A stretch of 63,817 nucleotides of DNA, filler included, from Rhabdomonas costata (taxonomy: Eukaryota), in the NCBI GenBank assembly GCA_019059605.1. It is 25 parts of 25 records of this genome, joined end to end, with 100 filler letters (N's around TTAATTAATTAA, not from the genome) between each part and the next. Parts side by side here need not be neighbours in the genome. Positions count along the whole stretch, not along the records: positions 51,150 to 53,604 come from JAHMHO010003330.1; positions 53,705 to 56,155 come from JAHMHO010003331.1; positions 56,256 to 58,707 come from JAHMHO010003332.1; positions 58,808 to 61,263 come from JAHMHO010003333.1; positions 61,364 to 63,817 come from JAHMHO010003334.1; 20 more parts are not named here. The stretch is one strand, 5' to 3'. Below are positions 51,173 to 63,817 of the stretch, piece by piece; the stretch's first letter is position 1, and each line of letters begins with the position of its first letter. A program made the translations under genes and the position numbers. Under the pieces are notes generated by a model. The model did not search any database and was not told the origin of the DNA. It saw nothing but the letters and a program-made list of their open reading frames with translations.

Positions 51173-52960
51173 CGAGGGGGGCGCCCTGGCCCCACTGCGG
51201 CTGCGGGCGTCCTCCCCGTCATCGTCGTCGGCCTCGCCCTGTGGCGCAGCGGTGCGCAGCTGCTGCAGGTGTGGGGGTAGGTTCCCCTCCAGAAGGGCAT
51301 TGACCAGGGTCTCCGCATCTGTGACACCCACGCCACCGAGGGTACTACACCTCAGCGGATCCTGAAAGAAGCACTGCTCCGACAGAGGGCAAACGCCTGC
51401 TTGGTACAATGAGGTTATGAATCAGCAACGACAGAACACAGCAAAGCGCGGAATACAGGCAATGACGATTTGACTTTTTCCTTTCCGGTAATCGAGCAAT
51501 TGCAGGATGAAGGCAACGAGGCAGCTCTCCACGTCCTCGTTGGGGGAGGGGGCATTATGGATTGAACAAGCAATAACTGTCCACAAGAGTTGAGTAGACT
51601 TTCCAAGTCAAAGGTGAAGCATGAAAAGTTCAAACACATATACATAAAAAAACTGCACAACTGCAAACAGTCAAAAACCCGTCCCACCCGTCACGGCGCA
51701 GAAAAGCATACAAAACATACATAATACGATCCGCAAGATTAAGTTGCAATATCTTAAAACTAGAAAACTAAATAAAACTAGAAACTAGAACTCTGCTGTG
51801 GCAAAAACGATCGCACATTCGTTTTACACACACACACACACGGTGGCATACTGCTGTTGTAATAGGGGAGCGCTTCCCTCAGAAACTGCGTGCTAAGGTC
51901 AGGGAACATAGCGTGCACCTGCAGGACAACGCCACCCAAATACAGCGTCTCGTTGTGTGTAGGTGAACAGGCAAGGTGGCGTACCACCATCGGACTGGCA
52001 GTCTAAGGGTGGTGGTCCAATCGCGGCTGAAGCACACTTCCTCCGCAACCACGACTGCCTACAGCGTACATCTAAAGCAAGTAACTTCCCAAAAGTAAGA
52101 GAATAGTGCGCAACGAATTGCAATATGGGGTTTTTCACGGTGACAAACGCATGAGTTCTTCTCACCTCTCCAGGATTTTTTAGCTTGAGCCAGAGGAAAG
52201 GCCAGAAGAACAATGGTGGTGGGTGGATAGTGTGTGTGTGCTGAGTCTGGGGAGTGGAGCGCTGAGGCTGGGGATCGGGCTTGTGGAATATTTGTGAGTC
52301 CACATGCAGCGAGGCATGCCTGCGCTTCGGCCGGGGAGAGCGCTCGCTCCACAACCTTCTGGCTCCGGGCAGCCCCACCCTCAGCAGACCCTAAGTGGCG
52401 GACATGCACCAGCGTTCCGATTCACGCCACTCGGTTGATCACCGCATAGCGACTTCGATTCTTCACGACGACGCTTCCGTCACCTTCAGGGACAGGCAAA
52501 GGGCTTCCCATGACTGTGCGTAAGGCGTAACCAGCCCTCGGGCAATATCATTACCTTTTGCAGTGAGTATTGATTTTTTTCTATCAATCAACTTCACTAA
52601 TCGTTTTCTGGGGGTGGCCACCAAACAGGTGTACGCCTTGACCGTTTTTTAGTGCAGTGCATCGACAGTCTTTCCGATTTTCCCAAGAAGTCAAGTTGCC
52701 TTTTCCTAGTGTGTATGTTTGTGTCAGAGTGAGATCCTGCGGAGCCCCACATCCACTTTTTACATATCTTCACGTTCCTCGGGTACTGCCTGTGAAATCT
52801 TTCCACCACACCGTAGATTTCCACCTTTCACCGCATTTGCGCCTTCTTTCCCCAGGTGAGCGTGTGTGCACCCATTCCCACACATAATCACACCGGTACG
52901 GGCAGCAGTTTCGCCGAAGGAGCACTGCAGACCTTCTAGGACCATCAGAAGATGCTGGTG
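51173..52960 (-). CDS. ASCC2-like CUE-domain protein (partial)
   Basis: Exons ending 52320, 51918-51852 and starting 51318 give 'AEAQ|VHAMFPDLSTQFLREALPYYNS|NAETLVNALLEGNLPPHLQQL', matching the CUE FP..LL pattern of ASCC2/Cue3. The upstream limit is approximate. Confidence 0.75.
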
Positions 52961-53289
52961 CTGATCTGAGGTGGTGTGGCGGAGAACAAAAAGAAGACAC
53001 CAGAGGTGACCAACCAAGGAGGGCCCTCAGCTCGTCCAGCCCACTCCAATTCTCACCCCCTACACCACACACAGATGACCCGAACACGGAAACGTGCATA
53101 TACACACTCGCACATACCATCCGCACACTGGAAAGCACACCGCACACCGACTATATATATAGGACTGCTTCGAACCTGATCACAAGGTTGCAAGAGGCGC
53201 GGCAGGGGAAACTTCGCTCGTTGACCGGAAAAGGGGCGGACTCATACTGCAGCGAGGGTGGGCTGGCGAAAGAAAAAAGAGGTTGACTC

Positions 53290-53597
53290 TGGTTAGATGA
53301 ACACCAACATTGCCACCTTGATCATCTTCACAAAGCCTTTTACATGACCAAGTGCTCCTAACATCAGCACATCATACATCCCAGCAGCCTGTCCGATTAG
53401 AGAGAAAAGGGAAACGCCATTTTGCCAGCACACGCTTGATGGTCAAGGGATGTGCGTGCGTGTGTGAGGCATTGAGGCATACATCAGCCCTGCGCCCCGC
53501 CAGCCCACAAGGTAGGCCGGGGCGACATGAAGCAGGCGGTCATGTAAAAGGCTTTGTGAAGATGATCAAGGTGGCAATGTTGGTGTTCATCTAACCA
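53290..53597. repeat. 60-bp perfect inverted repeat (53290-53349 / 53538-53597) at contig end
   Basis: Exact reverse complement read directly. Confidence 0.95.
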
Positions 53598-53712
53598 AAA
53601 ACAANNNNNNNNNNNNNNNNNNNNNNNNNNNNNNNNNNNNNNNNNNNNTTAATTAATTAANNNNNNNNNNNNNNNNNNNNNNNNNNNNNNNNNNNNNNNN
53701 NNNNTGTGTGTG

Positions 53713-53878
53713 GGCCTGTGTTACCGAGTTGGTTTCTTCGTTTGGATCACTGGTTGAGGTACCCACGAATACCATGGTGCTGTACAAGTAAACGGTGCCA
53801 TTCCACAAAAACTCAGAGGTATTCGTGGGTACCTCAACCAGTGATCCAAACGAAGAAACCAACTCGGCAACACAGGCC
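53713..53878. repeat. 61-bp inverted repeat (53713-53773 / 53818-53878, 1 mismatch) at contig start
   Basis: Inverted copy of coding sequence from the adjacent Cache-domain ORF. Confidence 0.95.
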
Positions 53879-54900
53879 TGCACCAGTGGGCTTGGGAACT
53901 CATCCACAAGAAATGGCACCAGGCCCGCAGAAGAGCTCCCGTTGGTGAAGAGCGGAAGTTCCTCAAAGGTGTGCGCAAGTACAGTACAATTTCTGGCAAG
54001 GTCGAAAATGAAGGCGCTGGAGCTTGGAGAGATGAGGCTGCGCTGCAGTGTGGAGCTCAAAAACCCCATATCCATGTCCACGCCAAAAACTCCGGTAATG
54101 TTCTCACTGGCCATGGTCGCTACAGACCGCGTATACAAGAGAGCGGGGGGCTTGAGTGATCCGTCCACCACATCTGTGTACACGTAAGAATCCCACAGGA
54201 TGCCCGTCGCTTGCAGGTCTCCCAACTCCTCTGGCGTGTATGCATTGGAAGACACTTGGCCATCCTTCAAGAGATAGTTCTGCAGTGTCACTTTTGGATC
54301 GTCACCCCAATATATGTAGCGCTGGTCATTCCCCATCGCATAAAAAGAGTAGTTCAGGGTGCTGCCCCAACCACAATCTGTCCACTGCGCTGCGTCGACT
54401 GGGTTGGGCTCATCATAGTAGATGTATTTGAATAATCGCAAATGGAAGCATTGGGTTTGCTCCAGAAACTGCACCATGAACGCGTCCAATGTAAGCTCAG
54501 GGGAGTCCAGGTTGCAGGATTTCAAGAAGCCCAGGTTCCATGCCTGGTAAAGGGCGTCTGTGACGCCTTCCGCAGCGTCCAGACGGTGGTCCAAGGTGAC
54601 TCCCATTCTCTCCATAGCGTTCAGGTGGAGCTGAAGAACAAGGGCATCCAGTCTCAGGTAAACATCCTCTGTAGCCCGTAGTGCCTGCTCACCCGATCCA
54701 TCACACCGTGTGGAGGCCTCCGTGGCAACGGAGACCTGGCGCTGCGATGTGGTGGTGATCTCACGAGATGTGCCTGTAGCGGTGTTCGCCCAGTGAAGCG
54801 CTTTGAACGCGTAAGCGGAATAAAACGCCGCAAATGCAATTCCAGGGAGAAACACAAGTGTCACCATGACAATTGCGATGAAGAAGAGGCGCACCTTCAT
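53774..54900 (-). CDS. N-terminal TM plus extracellular Cache-type sensor domain of a receptor, probably an adenylate cyclase (partial)
   Basis: Hydrophobic N-terminus, coiled helix, 'WDSYVY', 'ITGVFGVDMDMGFLSSTL..SSAFIFD..VLAH' (dCache-like), several N-glycosylation sequons. Confidence 0.8.
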
Positions 54901-57716
54901 CTTTGGTTCGCATGTGTTCAGATGCTATCTGCCCGCAGAGTGGAAACCAACGATCATGGGCGTAAAGCCTTAGTATGTTGCTGTTCCAGACTGTTGAACT
55001 GGAAACTCTAACCTTTTAGAATAACGCCAGGTCCTATTTCCCGAGCAAGCAGCCACCAAACCCTTGGGGTGGACCTGGGGGCAACTTGTTCAGCAATAAG
55101 CACCGTTTTCAAACTGCCAAACGAATCCAGAAGGTTGAGGTGTCGTCACCCTTCCCTAAAAGTGATCAATTCCCTGCGAGTGGATGGGCAAACTTTTCCA
55201 GCACTGACACTCTTTTTAACGAACTTTGCAGCAACTGCTGTGATCGTGTTAAACGGCCGCTCCTTTCTTTTAGCCAAGGTGACCAACTCATTATTTCCCG
55301 AATATGGATGGAAAGTGCCTGCCAAGTGAACTCCCGGAAGGATGAGCAGGGACATGGGTAGTTCACGCGAAATGTTCAACCGACGAAGATAAACGCGCAG
55401 AAAAAACACAAAGACCCTGGCTTCACGACTGCCAGCGCAAAAGGCGTCCTTCTACCGAGCAAGAATTCACAGAACCCACCACTGATCATCCACGAGATGC
55501 GCCTTATTAGCATTGAAAGCATCGAGTATCCCTTGAACAGCCATAGATGGCAGCATAGGCCGAGTTCCCAAAAAGAGATCAGAGCTAACCGTCGCAGTCC
55601 GAAATGCACATGATCAAAAAACTGGCTACTTCTTGGGCGGTGCTGAGCCAGGTTTTGTGCAGCTGGAATAACAAACAAGCAGCTATCACAGCAGTTTCGG
55701 GGACCCAAAGCTGTAACTCACCACACTTGAGGTCCTTCATTCATTCATTATGCATTCACACATTCCACATCAACACACAGTTTTGCAACAGGTGGACATA
55801 CCAGCAAATTTGGCTCTGAAGTGGATACGGGGCACACGAGAAAGAAAAATTCTCGAATCGCAACCCCAATAGAAACCAACACAGAGAAAAATACTGCCCC
55901 AAGCGCCAAACAATAGCTCCAAATTCCAAAGAAGCATCCGCGGCTTACAGCGAAAGCCCTCAGAACGCTGCGGCTGTTCCAAAATACAGGAAAAGAATAC
56001 AGAACTCGCTATACACACACCGTTCTTGCCTCTCTACAAAATAACAAAGCGTGAGGGAAACCAAAGAAACAAAGAAATAGTGAGGAGAAAAACTTCATCT
56101 GCGGCTGACGGTCAACTGCCATACCACTGAAAATCGACAACAAAAAAGACAAACANNNNNNNNNNNNNNNNNNNNNNNNNNNNNNNNNNNNNNNNNNNNT
56201 TAATTAATTAANNNNNNNNNNNNNNNNNNNNNNNNNNNNNNNNNNNNNNNNNNNNGGTGTGTGGGGCTCCACTGGATCCCATCCGTGGTCCCCCACACGT
56301 CATTAAGTAGGCCGTCCCCGTAGAACCCTCGGCCCCCTCCAATGACCAGCAGAACTCCGTTGAGGGCCACGGAGCAGTGCCAAGAGCGAGCCGACCAGGC
56401 CGCCGTGGTGGTAGGGGTGCTCCAGGAGAACGAGGGACTGGAGGGCCCTGAAAATGGTTGAGGACAAACGGCTGCTGACGGTTAAAAAACTGGGGTGTCC
56501 GCAACCACCGTTGAAGAACGTTTCCAGTTCAAACCGAGGTGGGTTTGGGGTTAAGCATTGCGGCGTCTTTCTAAATGGTGTGGTGCACTTATCTTAATCT
56601 GGCCTTAACTTAGGCCGGCTGTTGGGTTATATTTATTCCACTGCAAAACCCTAAAAACCTCGCTTCATAAAACCCTCAGGCTGCGAGGGAAAGAAGGGGC
56701 GCGAAAAAGCGAAAGAAATAAAAAGAGATGCAAACGGGCCACTGCCAGTGGCACCTCATTCACGGCGCAGTTAAGATTTGACTGCTTTTGGTTCTGGGTG
56801 ACAAAAAATTCGGCAGTGGGTGGTCAAAATTTTGGGTCCAGTGGAATCAGAAAACTCTGGAAGTGGGAAGCGCCCAAGGGGGGCGAAAACCCATGCACAC
56901 GTGATGCTAACACCTACGGGCATTCCTCGCGGGGACCAACCGTACTTGGGCATGGTGTGGGATGGGCATCGCTTTCATCACACGGCTCACATGGCATTTA
57001 CAATCGCCAACGTACATGAAAACGGCCCATGAAATAACGGTAACAAAAACCCGGAATGCACCAAATTAACCACGCAGCACAGATCATCATTTCGTTTCGT
57101 GACTATCGCATATTAGGGGGGGGGGAGCTGGCTAAAAGTTTGGCCACGGTGCGCCAAACTTTCTGACGACCCAGGACCAACCTTTTGACAAGTACAATAT
57201 TGACAGCAGTGTGCCAAAACAGGCAAAATGCAGCAGCATCGAAAATTATTTCACTCTGTAAAAAGGGGTTGGGTAAACCGCGCCTGTGCTCCCTGGATTA
57301 AGTGCTTTCCTTGGGAGCTTAAAACTACTGCTGGCCATGGACAGCGCTGGATATGGGCAGACGAGTACGACAGTATTAGTTTCCGGACGAACGCTAGTGC
57401 GCGGGGCGGCAATAGCAGGCGGTTGAACGAATCCTGGGTGTCCTTAAAAGGCTTTCAGCAGCAAGTCCCCCACCCCTTTAGGAGCTTTAGGAGCATCATT
57501 CTCTATTATTAACTTTCGCATTAGCAATGCCATATCTTCTCACAATATCTACTCGTTGAGTATTCAAGAAACCACGCTCCGGCTACCTCTCCCCTCCCTG
57601 CTCTCCATTTCCTTGTGGGCATCAAAAGGCAAAGTCTCCCCTATCAGTGGATCCGCACTCACCCCTGCGGAAGCACCCCACAGCACAACTCCGCGCACGA
57701 TACCAAGGTAGCTCAC

Positions 57717-57973
57717 CGAGAAGACTCGCAGCGCATAATTCCCCCCACAAGTCTTCGAGGAGTCCGCCGAGCAGGCAAAGGAGCACCACGGGGAAGCCCC
57801 AAGGGACTGGTATGTGTTTCCGCACCAGCACTCCGCCGCAGCCTCCAGCCCGGCGTAGAGGTACCCCGCCGAGGCGCAGCCGTACACGCATTGCGCTGGG
57901 GTCTGCGCCGTGCCCGCACCGTACTGGTACGGCATCACTCGCGAGGAGGAATCACCGTAGCACCCCATTAGTG
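57717..57973 (-). CDS. WSC carbohydrate-binding domain exon
   Basis: 'MGCYGD..TPAQCVYGC..GYLYAGLE...ECWCGN..C...C..D....CGG....RVF' with all 8 Cys, bounded by ttag| and |GTGAG. Confidence 0.95.
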
Positions 57974-58010
57974 CTAACAAAACCGAGGGCAAGGTAACCG
58001 CACAACATTC

Positions 58011-58702
58011 CAAAATGCCGCATCCCCACACCACACCAACATGCTCCATTTGACTTTGTCAACGTATGCATTGAACACCTCTTGCTCTACCCAATGATAT
58101 CAAGCTACAGGGGTCTCCGTGTTCAGGTAGGCGACCGGGTCGGCATTTGGGCCCAGAGTCCGACTTGCACGAGCCCGTTGGGAAGGCACTCGGCGTGTAC
58201 TGTGCGGGCTAGGGACCGTAAGAGATCCAAGGCGGTTCACAACCGCTCGACCCACCAAGACTACCCAGCATATTCACCCCCTGAGGGCGTGTACTCCGCC
58301 AAACTAACCAGCGGAGACTTCCCCCAGGTCAGGGCCGTTTCCATATCCCCCATCCGACTTCTGATTAAGGTGAGGACCCGCAACCAGGAGTCGTCACCAT
58401 GGCATGATATCAGGCATCCACACCAACCTGCAACCACCTCAATCTCTCCATTTCCACTTTGTCCAGTCATGCATCAAATCCTCCTCTTGCTCCAGTTATG
58501 CGAAGCCACATTTTCAAACATTTTCGAACCACGTCAACCCCAATAAAAATATTGCTGATCTCCAGAGAAGAGATGAATGCATCTGACGCCTTCAACTACA
58601 TCTGATCCATCGTATCAGAGCGCAGTTTTCTTACAAAATGCCGCATCCCCGCACCACACCAACATGCTCCACATGACTTTGTCAACGTATGCATTGAACA
58701 CC
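58011..58702 (+). repeat. 69-bp direct repeat pair (58011-58079 / ~58634-58702, 3 mismatches)
   Basis: caaaatgccgcatcccc..gtcaacgtatgcattgaacacc occurs twice, ~623 bp apart. Confidence 0.9.
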
Positions 58703-59164
58703 CACAANNNNNNNNNNNNNNNNNNNNNNNNNNNNNNNNNNNNNNNNNNNNTTAATTAATTAANNNNNNNNNNNNNNNNNNNNNNNNNNNNNNNNNNNNN
58801 NNNNNNNTGGGGGGGGGTTGGGATGCCGGGATACCCCACGTCTCCCTCTTGTGTCTTTTTCTTAGGTGCTGCAGGGTCGGGCACTGCCTGTGGGGCAGAG
58901 GGGCGAGAAGCTCTCGTTCTTTGTCCGGCTGCATACTCCCCGGGGAACTTTCGACACTTCTGGTGTTTTGTTCAGAAGGACGTGTTTGTGTGTGTAGGCG
59001 CGCTGCTTCTTGGTGACTTGTTTTCGCAGTTCAGGAACCAAACGACTGAAGCCGTCTTAGAATGGCGCGTTTTTGACCCCCGAATGATGGACTGGCATGT
59101 CTCAGAGGCGCATGGTAGCCACGCCATTGTGTGTGTTGAGCGTGGGCTCGGGGTATTCTCGCAG

Positions 59165-59891
59165 TTGCCTCCCCGTCATGCAGCCCCGTGTGGAGGCAGA
59201 AACACATCTTCGAGGTGGGCTTCGACACCGCCGACCTGGACCGGGTTCCGCCCCAGGACATGCCGCAACTCTTTGTGGGTCACGTCGCTATGGGCCTCTT
59301 GAGAGCACGGCACTACGTGGGTGTGGATTGCAAATATCAAACCTTGCTCGGGAAAACGGCACAGAAAGCCGAGAAAATCCATACTCACATATGGGCGACG
59401 AGCTGCCTTGCTCAAAACACAAAACGCAGCACACTCCCTTCTTCTTTCGTTTGCCCATATGCTGGAACAGCTCTGTGCCCGTTTGAAACGATGAGGTTCA
59501 CAAGCTGTACAGGTTGCTAATGTTTGTTCGCATTCTGCATTGGATTTTCTTGTCTCTTCTTTTCTAGTAAGTGGGATGCTCCCCTCCATCCCTCTTGGTC
59601 CCTCCTGAAAACAACCTCCCATCCCCGTTCACGGAACTCTCTCTCTCTCTTCGTTTTGCAGGATGGGTGCCGCTTCCCTTGGAGCGCTTCTGGGGGGCCC
59701 CCAGTCACGCTGCCACGGAGGTGCTCCCCGTGCACCTGGGGCCGCCTCCGCCCGCTCGGCTGTGCGCTGATCCTTCGGGGGACACTGCGGCGGCTGCAGG
59801 GGGAGGGCTGGCGCCTTGCCTATGCCTGTCCCAGCTCAGCCGCCGAGTGAAGACTGACCTGGCGCTGAGTGGTCTGGTGGTGCAGCTGCAC
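59165..59891 (+). CDS. C2-domain-like protein (partial, two exons)
   Basis: Exons ~59165-59319 and 59662-59891 join as 'SPVWRQKHIFEV..LFV..RHYVG|WVPLPL', similar to the C2 'PVWNE.F.F.V..IG.V.IPL' pattern. Confidence 0.55.
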
Positions 59892-61363
59892 GTACGCTTT
59901 GGGTGAGACTCTCTGTGCGTAGGCGCTGTCAACGCCGGCGTGAAGACGCGGGGGGCGTCCCCCACAACCAGAACATTGTACTGCTTTAGCATACTGCGGC
60001 GAAGTTTTTTCGCACTTGGTGTGGTGTGTCGCCCGTGGCTTCGGAACCACGGTCAGAGCGATTTGAAACCCTTTTTTCCTTTAACAACATTTTCTGGGGC
60101 GTGAGCGGAAGTAATGGCAAAGCCAAATAAGAAGGGCCGGCGGTGAAAATACAAAATTGCACAATTGGGAACAAAAAGTCCCACCAAATTTTCGGTGGGA
60201 TTCCAATCCCGGATGTTCCAATAGCTATTTGCAAGGATGTTCCCGGCATTTGTCTCTCTTCCACAAAACCTACGGCAGGGATTCCTTTTGTAAATAGTGG
60301 TCGTTTCAAACCCCGTCGGCAGGAAACTTGTTCCCGTGCCGTCCGGTCTTTGCTGAATCAACCGCGTGGATCCCAACTCCGCTTCTGGAAAGCATTGGTG
60401 CCTTCCGTGCCCCGGGTCCGTGAACTTTTGCGGACCATGCTCTCCGTGGTTGCTATTTCCTTTTAGACATTCCGGCTCCATTACGCGCTTCTATATATCT
60501 TATAAAATAATGTATATTATAAAAACTGGCCCATCACCCATAAATCCGAAAAAAATCCAAGGAAAGGCCGAAGCCAAGTCAATCTTGCACCACCACCCCA
60601 ACTGTTCCGCCACAAAATGACAAAGTCCTTTCGGGCCACGACAGAATGGAAATTGAAGTGATAAACCAGAACCAAGGATTCCACAGTCGATATGGTGACG
60701 GAAGAGCACGTGCCACAATGTGACGGAGTCCTCGCTGAACTCTCCTGAGAACAGGTGAAACAGGGTGTGTGGGTTGCACTCCCGCTTCTGACTTCTGATT
60801 CTTTACCACCGTTCATCCAGCAAAAGCAACTAGGCGCGAAGTTCTATTGCTAGAAATGGTGCTGCAGGTTTTTATAATTTCGGCTCCTAAAAATCGGTCC
60901 CTTGCGGAATTGGCGATCCAAAGATTGCGATACAAAACGCGGGCAGAAGCAAGTAGTAAGTTGGTTGGTAAGGAAGTCACCAAAATTTAAAGAAAAAACT
61001 GTCCAAAAAGAACCAAAGGTCGGAAAATGCACCGTCAATCGATGTCAATCGATGTCAATTGATGCGATTCACACAACAATGCACTTTTACTGTTGCAGAC
61101 TATGGCGGTTTGAACATGCACGAATCAGCTAAAGGAATCTGAATAAACCACGAGAGAAAGCACGATACACGAGCTTATCGAGCAGTCAGCACCAGTTGTC
61201 ATAACATTCAGCACTAAAAAGGAAATCCAAGCGCCGCAAAACCCACGAAAGTGTCAAAAAAAANNNNNNNNNNNNNNNNNNNNNNNNNNNNNNNNNNNNN
61301 NNNNNNNTTAATTAATTAANNNNNNNNNNNNNNNNNNNNNNNNNNNNNNNNNNNNNNNNNNNN

Positions 61364-63503
61364 GGGTGGTGGGTGGGGGGTGGTGATTTCGTCTCAGGAT
61401 TCCATCTCTGTTGCGGAAGCCAAGGCCTATGCCTTGGGAATGGGCCTGACCCTGCCAACATTTGAGGCTGTGCTGAGATTGTGCGGATTTTCCAGCAGCG
61501 GTGAGGAGCAGCCGGAGCAGGAGCTGCCGCCAGAGCCGACGGCCGTCCGAAGGGCGGAGTTCGTGGGGTTCTGTGCAACCCTGCTACCTGAGGCGTCGGA
61601 GGTGTCTGAGGTAGTGGTGAGCCTCGGGAAGGTCTTCCGCGACTCCTGGGGCCATTTCAGGGCAGCCCTGCAGGCACTTTCCCGGTGCATTTTGAGAGAG
61701 TGAGAGAGTCTGCTTTCTCTTTGGCCGGTGCAGGGTAATTTTTTGTGGTTCGTGAGAGAGAGAGAGGGCCTTTTCGTGGAAATAAGGAGAAAACGAGACA
61801 ACGGTGAGCTGCATTTGGTCAGGGAGAGCTCATTTCGAGTTACTGGGCAAATCCGCCGTAAAGTGGAGGATTAGACTCGTCACGACGAAAGCAACTCTTT
61901 TTTTTTTGGAAAACTTTCATTTCTCCGTGTCCCTTCATGTCTCGCCACAATCGAGATACCAGCAGCAGTTCAGCAGCACTGGCTGTGCTAAAGAATGCAG
62001 CAAGATATAGAATTGGAGTTGAGTGGGAGGGGTGAGTTAGGGCAAGGGGGTGTGGGAAGGGGTGAAACTTTTTTCTGGTGTGGTTTGGGGAACGTTGCTG
62101 GAGTGTTCCCGGACGCCAGCAAGCAGCCGACCGGAATTTATCTTTCAAGAATTCGATGGCCCTCAAAACCCCCTTTCTTGATGAGTGCAGGCCTTTTCCG
62201 ATGCCTTCCGTAGCCTTTTCCAGTGGTGCTTTTATTGGCGGGTGTGCTCACAGGGTGGACCTGGCGAACAGGGAGGCCCTGCAGGACTGCCTTGCTCGGC
62301 TGGGGGAGGGCCCACCCAGCAGCGAGGTTGTGCTGCAATGGGCCTCCGAGGTTCGACAGCGGCAGCAGCGGCCCTTGGTTAGCTCCTCTGTTGAGTCTCT
62401 TCGTTCCATACTGTGACGGAAATATGAACCCGTGCTACCGAAGGTGCTGTTGCCTGCAAGTGTACGTCTTGGGCGCTCTGAGACACACAAACTGGTTATG
62501 GTTGAAAGTGGGAGGAAGCTTCTCGACCCTTAGTTGTTGTGTAGAAGTGTAGGTAATGGCGTGTCGTCCGTACACCAAGCCGTGGCACTCGTGCGAGATA
62601 TTTGGAATAGTATTATCACCCCATCTGTAGGGTTCTTTGACCTCTTTCACCAACTGCGCAGTCCGACGCATCAGGTACCTGTTTCAGAAGCCCTGTTCCC
62701 CTGTTCTGGTCGCAGATTTCCCTCCCGCTGTTTTTTTTTTTTGCAGTCTTGTGTTGATGAACTAGTGGCTCGGCTGAGGTCTATTTTTCGCTCTCACAAG
62801 GCAGCTTCTCATGACGAAGTCTTCACAGAAAGGATGGTACAGCCTTCTGGCCGCGCGGTTCTGGACTCTAGGGTCTTCCCCCGATGATGATGAACACACC
62901 CTTGGTAGGAAAAAGATTGCACTAATGTTCCAGCTTGGTTACTTAGCAAGCATGGTGCTGCTGACGCCCATTATGGTGGTTCTTCTGACAACCTCCTCGG
63001 GAGCATCCTCCCTAGTACCGCGAAGCACGCTTGTGGCCTCTGCCTGCTTTTTGTGGGGCACGCTGGCGAGCTCCATGGTTGTGCTTTGGGTGTACTGCCG
63101 GTGGGTGCGTCGGGCGGAGGTGCTGGTGTACAGCGTAGCGGGGTACGGTCTTGTGGCGCCGTACGTGGCGTGGCTGAGCCAGGGCTGCTTCCAGGTGTCG
63201 GCGGTGCCGATGCTTCCGTGGAGCTTCGCCAGCGTGGTTCTGGTTCTCGTGCTGCAGGAGCTGCGCCCGGCATTGATTGCGATGGGGGTTCAACTTTTGC
63301 TTCCGGTGGTAGCGTTTTCCCTGGAGGCTTCTGGGGTGAACCTTGGGAGGTGCGAGAGCTGGTCCTTCTCGAGTGAGGCGATGGTTCTCACTGGTGTTGA
63401 GATGGCGCTGGAGTCCGTGGTTCCTTATCTGGTAGCTTTTGTTCCGCTAGCGCACTTGGTGAGGCTGGTTCGGGAGTCCCGAGCGGATGCCCTGGCGAAG
63501 CAG
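61364..63503 (+). CDS. Multi-exon protein with EF-hand-like N-terminal region and ~6 TM helices (partial)
   Basis: Exons to 61684, 62254-62377, ~62553-62674, 62746-62777 and 62801-63503. EF-hand-like 'ISVAEAKAY..VRRAEFVGF'. The last exon is multi-TM and ends CAG|GTAATT. Confidence 0.65.
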
Positions 63504-63817
63504 GTAATTTTTTCTCACCGTGTTTTCACGTGCTCACTTTTCTGGTGTTTTACTTGTTTTCTAGTATGTGGGTTTTTTTCTGGATAGGAGTTGAGAGTTT
63601 TATGTGGCCGTTCTGTGGCTACGAATCTTGCATTGACTTTGCAAGGCAGGTGCTTATATTATTAGTGAAAATTGCCCTAAAAAGGTAGATGGACAAGCTA
63701 GGCAAATGAGCCTTGACGTCATTGTCCGTGGAAGTGGCGTATTTTCACTAATAATATAAGCACCTGCCTTGCAAAGTCAATGCAAGATTCGTAGCCACAG
63801 AGCGGCCACACAAAACC

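Noticed and set aside
61674-61675. Apparent GC donor CAG|GCACTT
   Set aside because: The next exon needs phase 2, which the GT donor at 61685 provides.
1-63817. Gene-neighbourhood links, such as two MBL hydrolases, cyclases and amino-acid enzymes forming one system
   Set aside because: The genes lie on separate unlinked contigs, so adjacency in this window carries no information.

Overview
This is not one locus. It is 25 unrelated contigs of about 2.45 kb each, joined by artificial 100-nt spacers (N44-TTAATTAATTAA-N44), so nothing can be inferred across a spacer. The DNA is eukaryotic and intron-rich and uses the standard code (terminal exons end in TAA, TAG and TGA). It is most consistent with a free-living euglenozoan such as a euglenid or diplonemid. 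That is an inference from the receptor-type adenylate cyclases, an ankyrin-TPR protein, candidate trans-splice acceptors, a CRE-like retroelement and ALG6. G/T-rich contig starts, C/A-rich ends and terminal fold-backs suggest single-cell whole-genome amplification. Recognisable partial genes are a class III cyclase, a bacterial-type persulfide dioxygenase, a lipase-3-like protein, ALG6, an ankyrin-TPR protein, SHMT, a PhnP-like MBL hydrolase, aspartokinase, an ASCC2-like CUE protein, a Cache-domain receptor, and WSC, C2 and Cys-rich surface modules. The most notable observations are frequent GC-AG introns (at least 5 in a small sample), a GT-AG intron with base-paired ends, a large receptor-cyclase expansion including an apparently dead pseudo-cyclase, and bacterial-type genes now carrying introns. 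No complete novel multi-gene system can be supported from fragments this short. All protein identifications are motif recognition by eye, without database searches.
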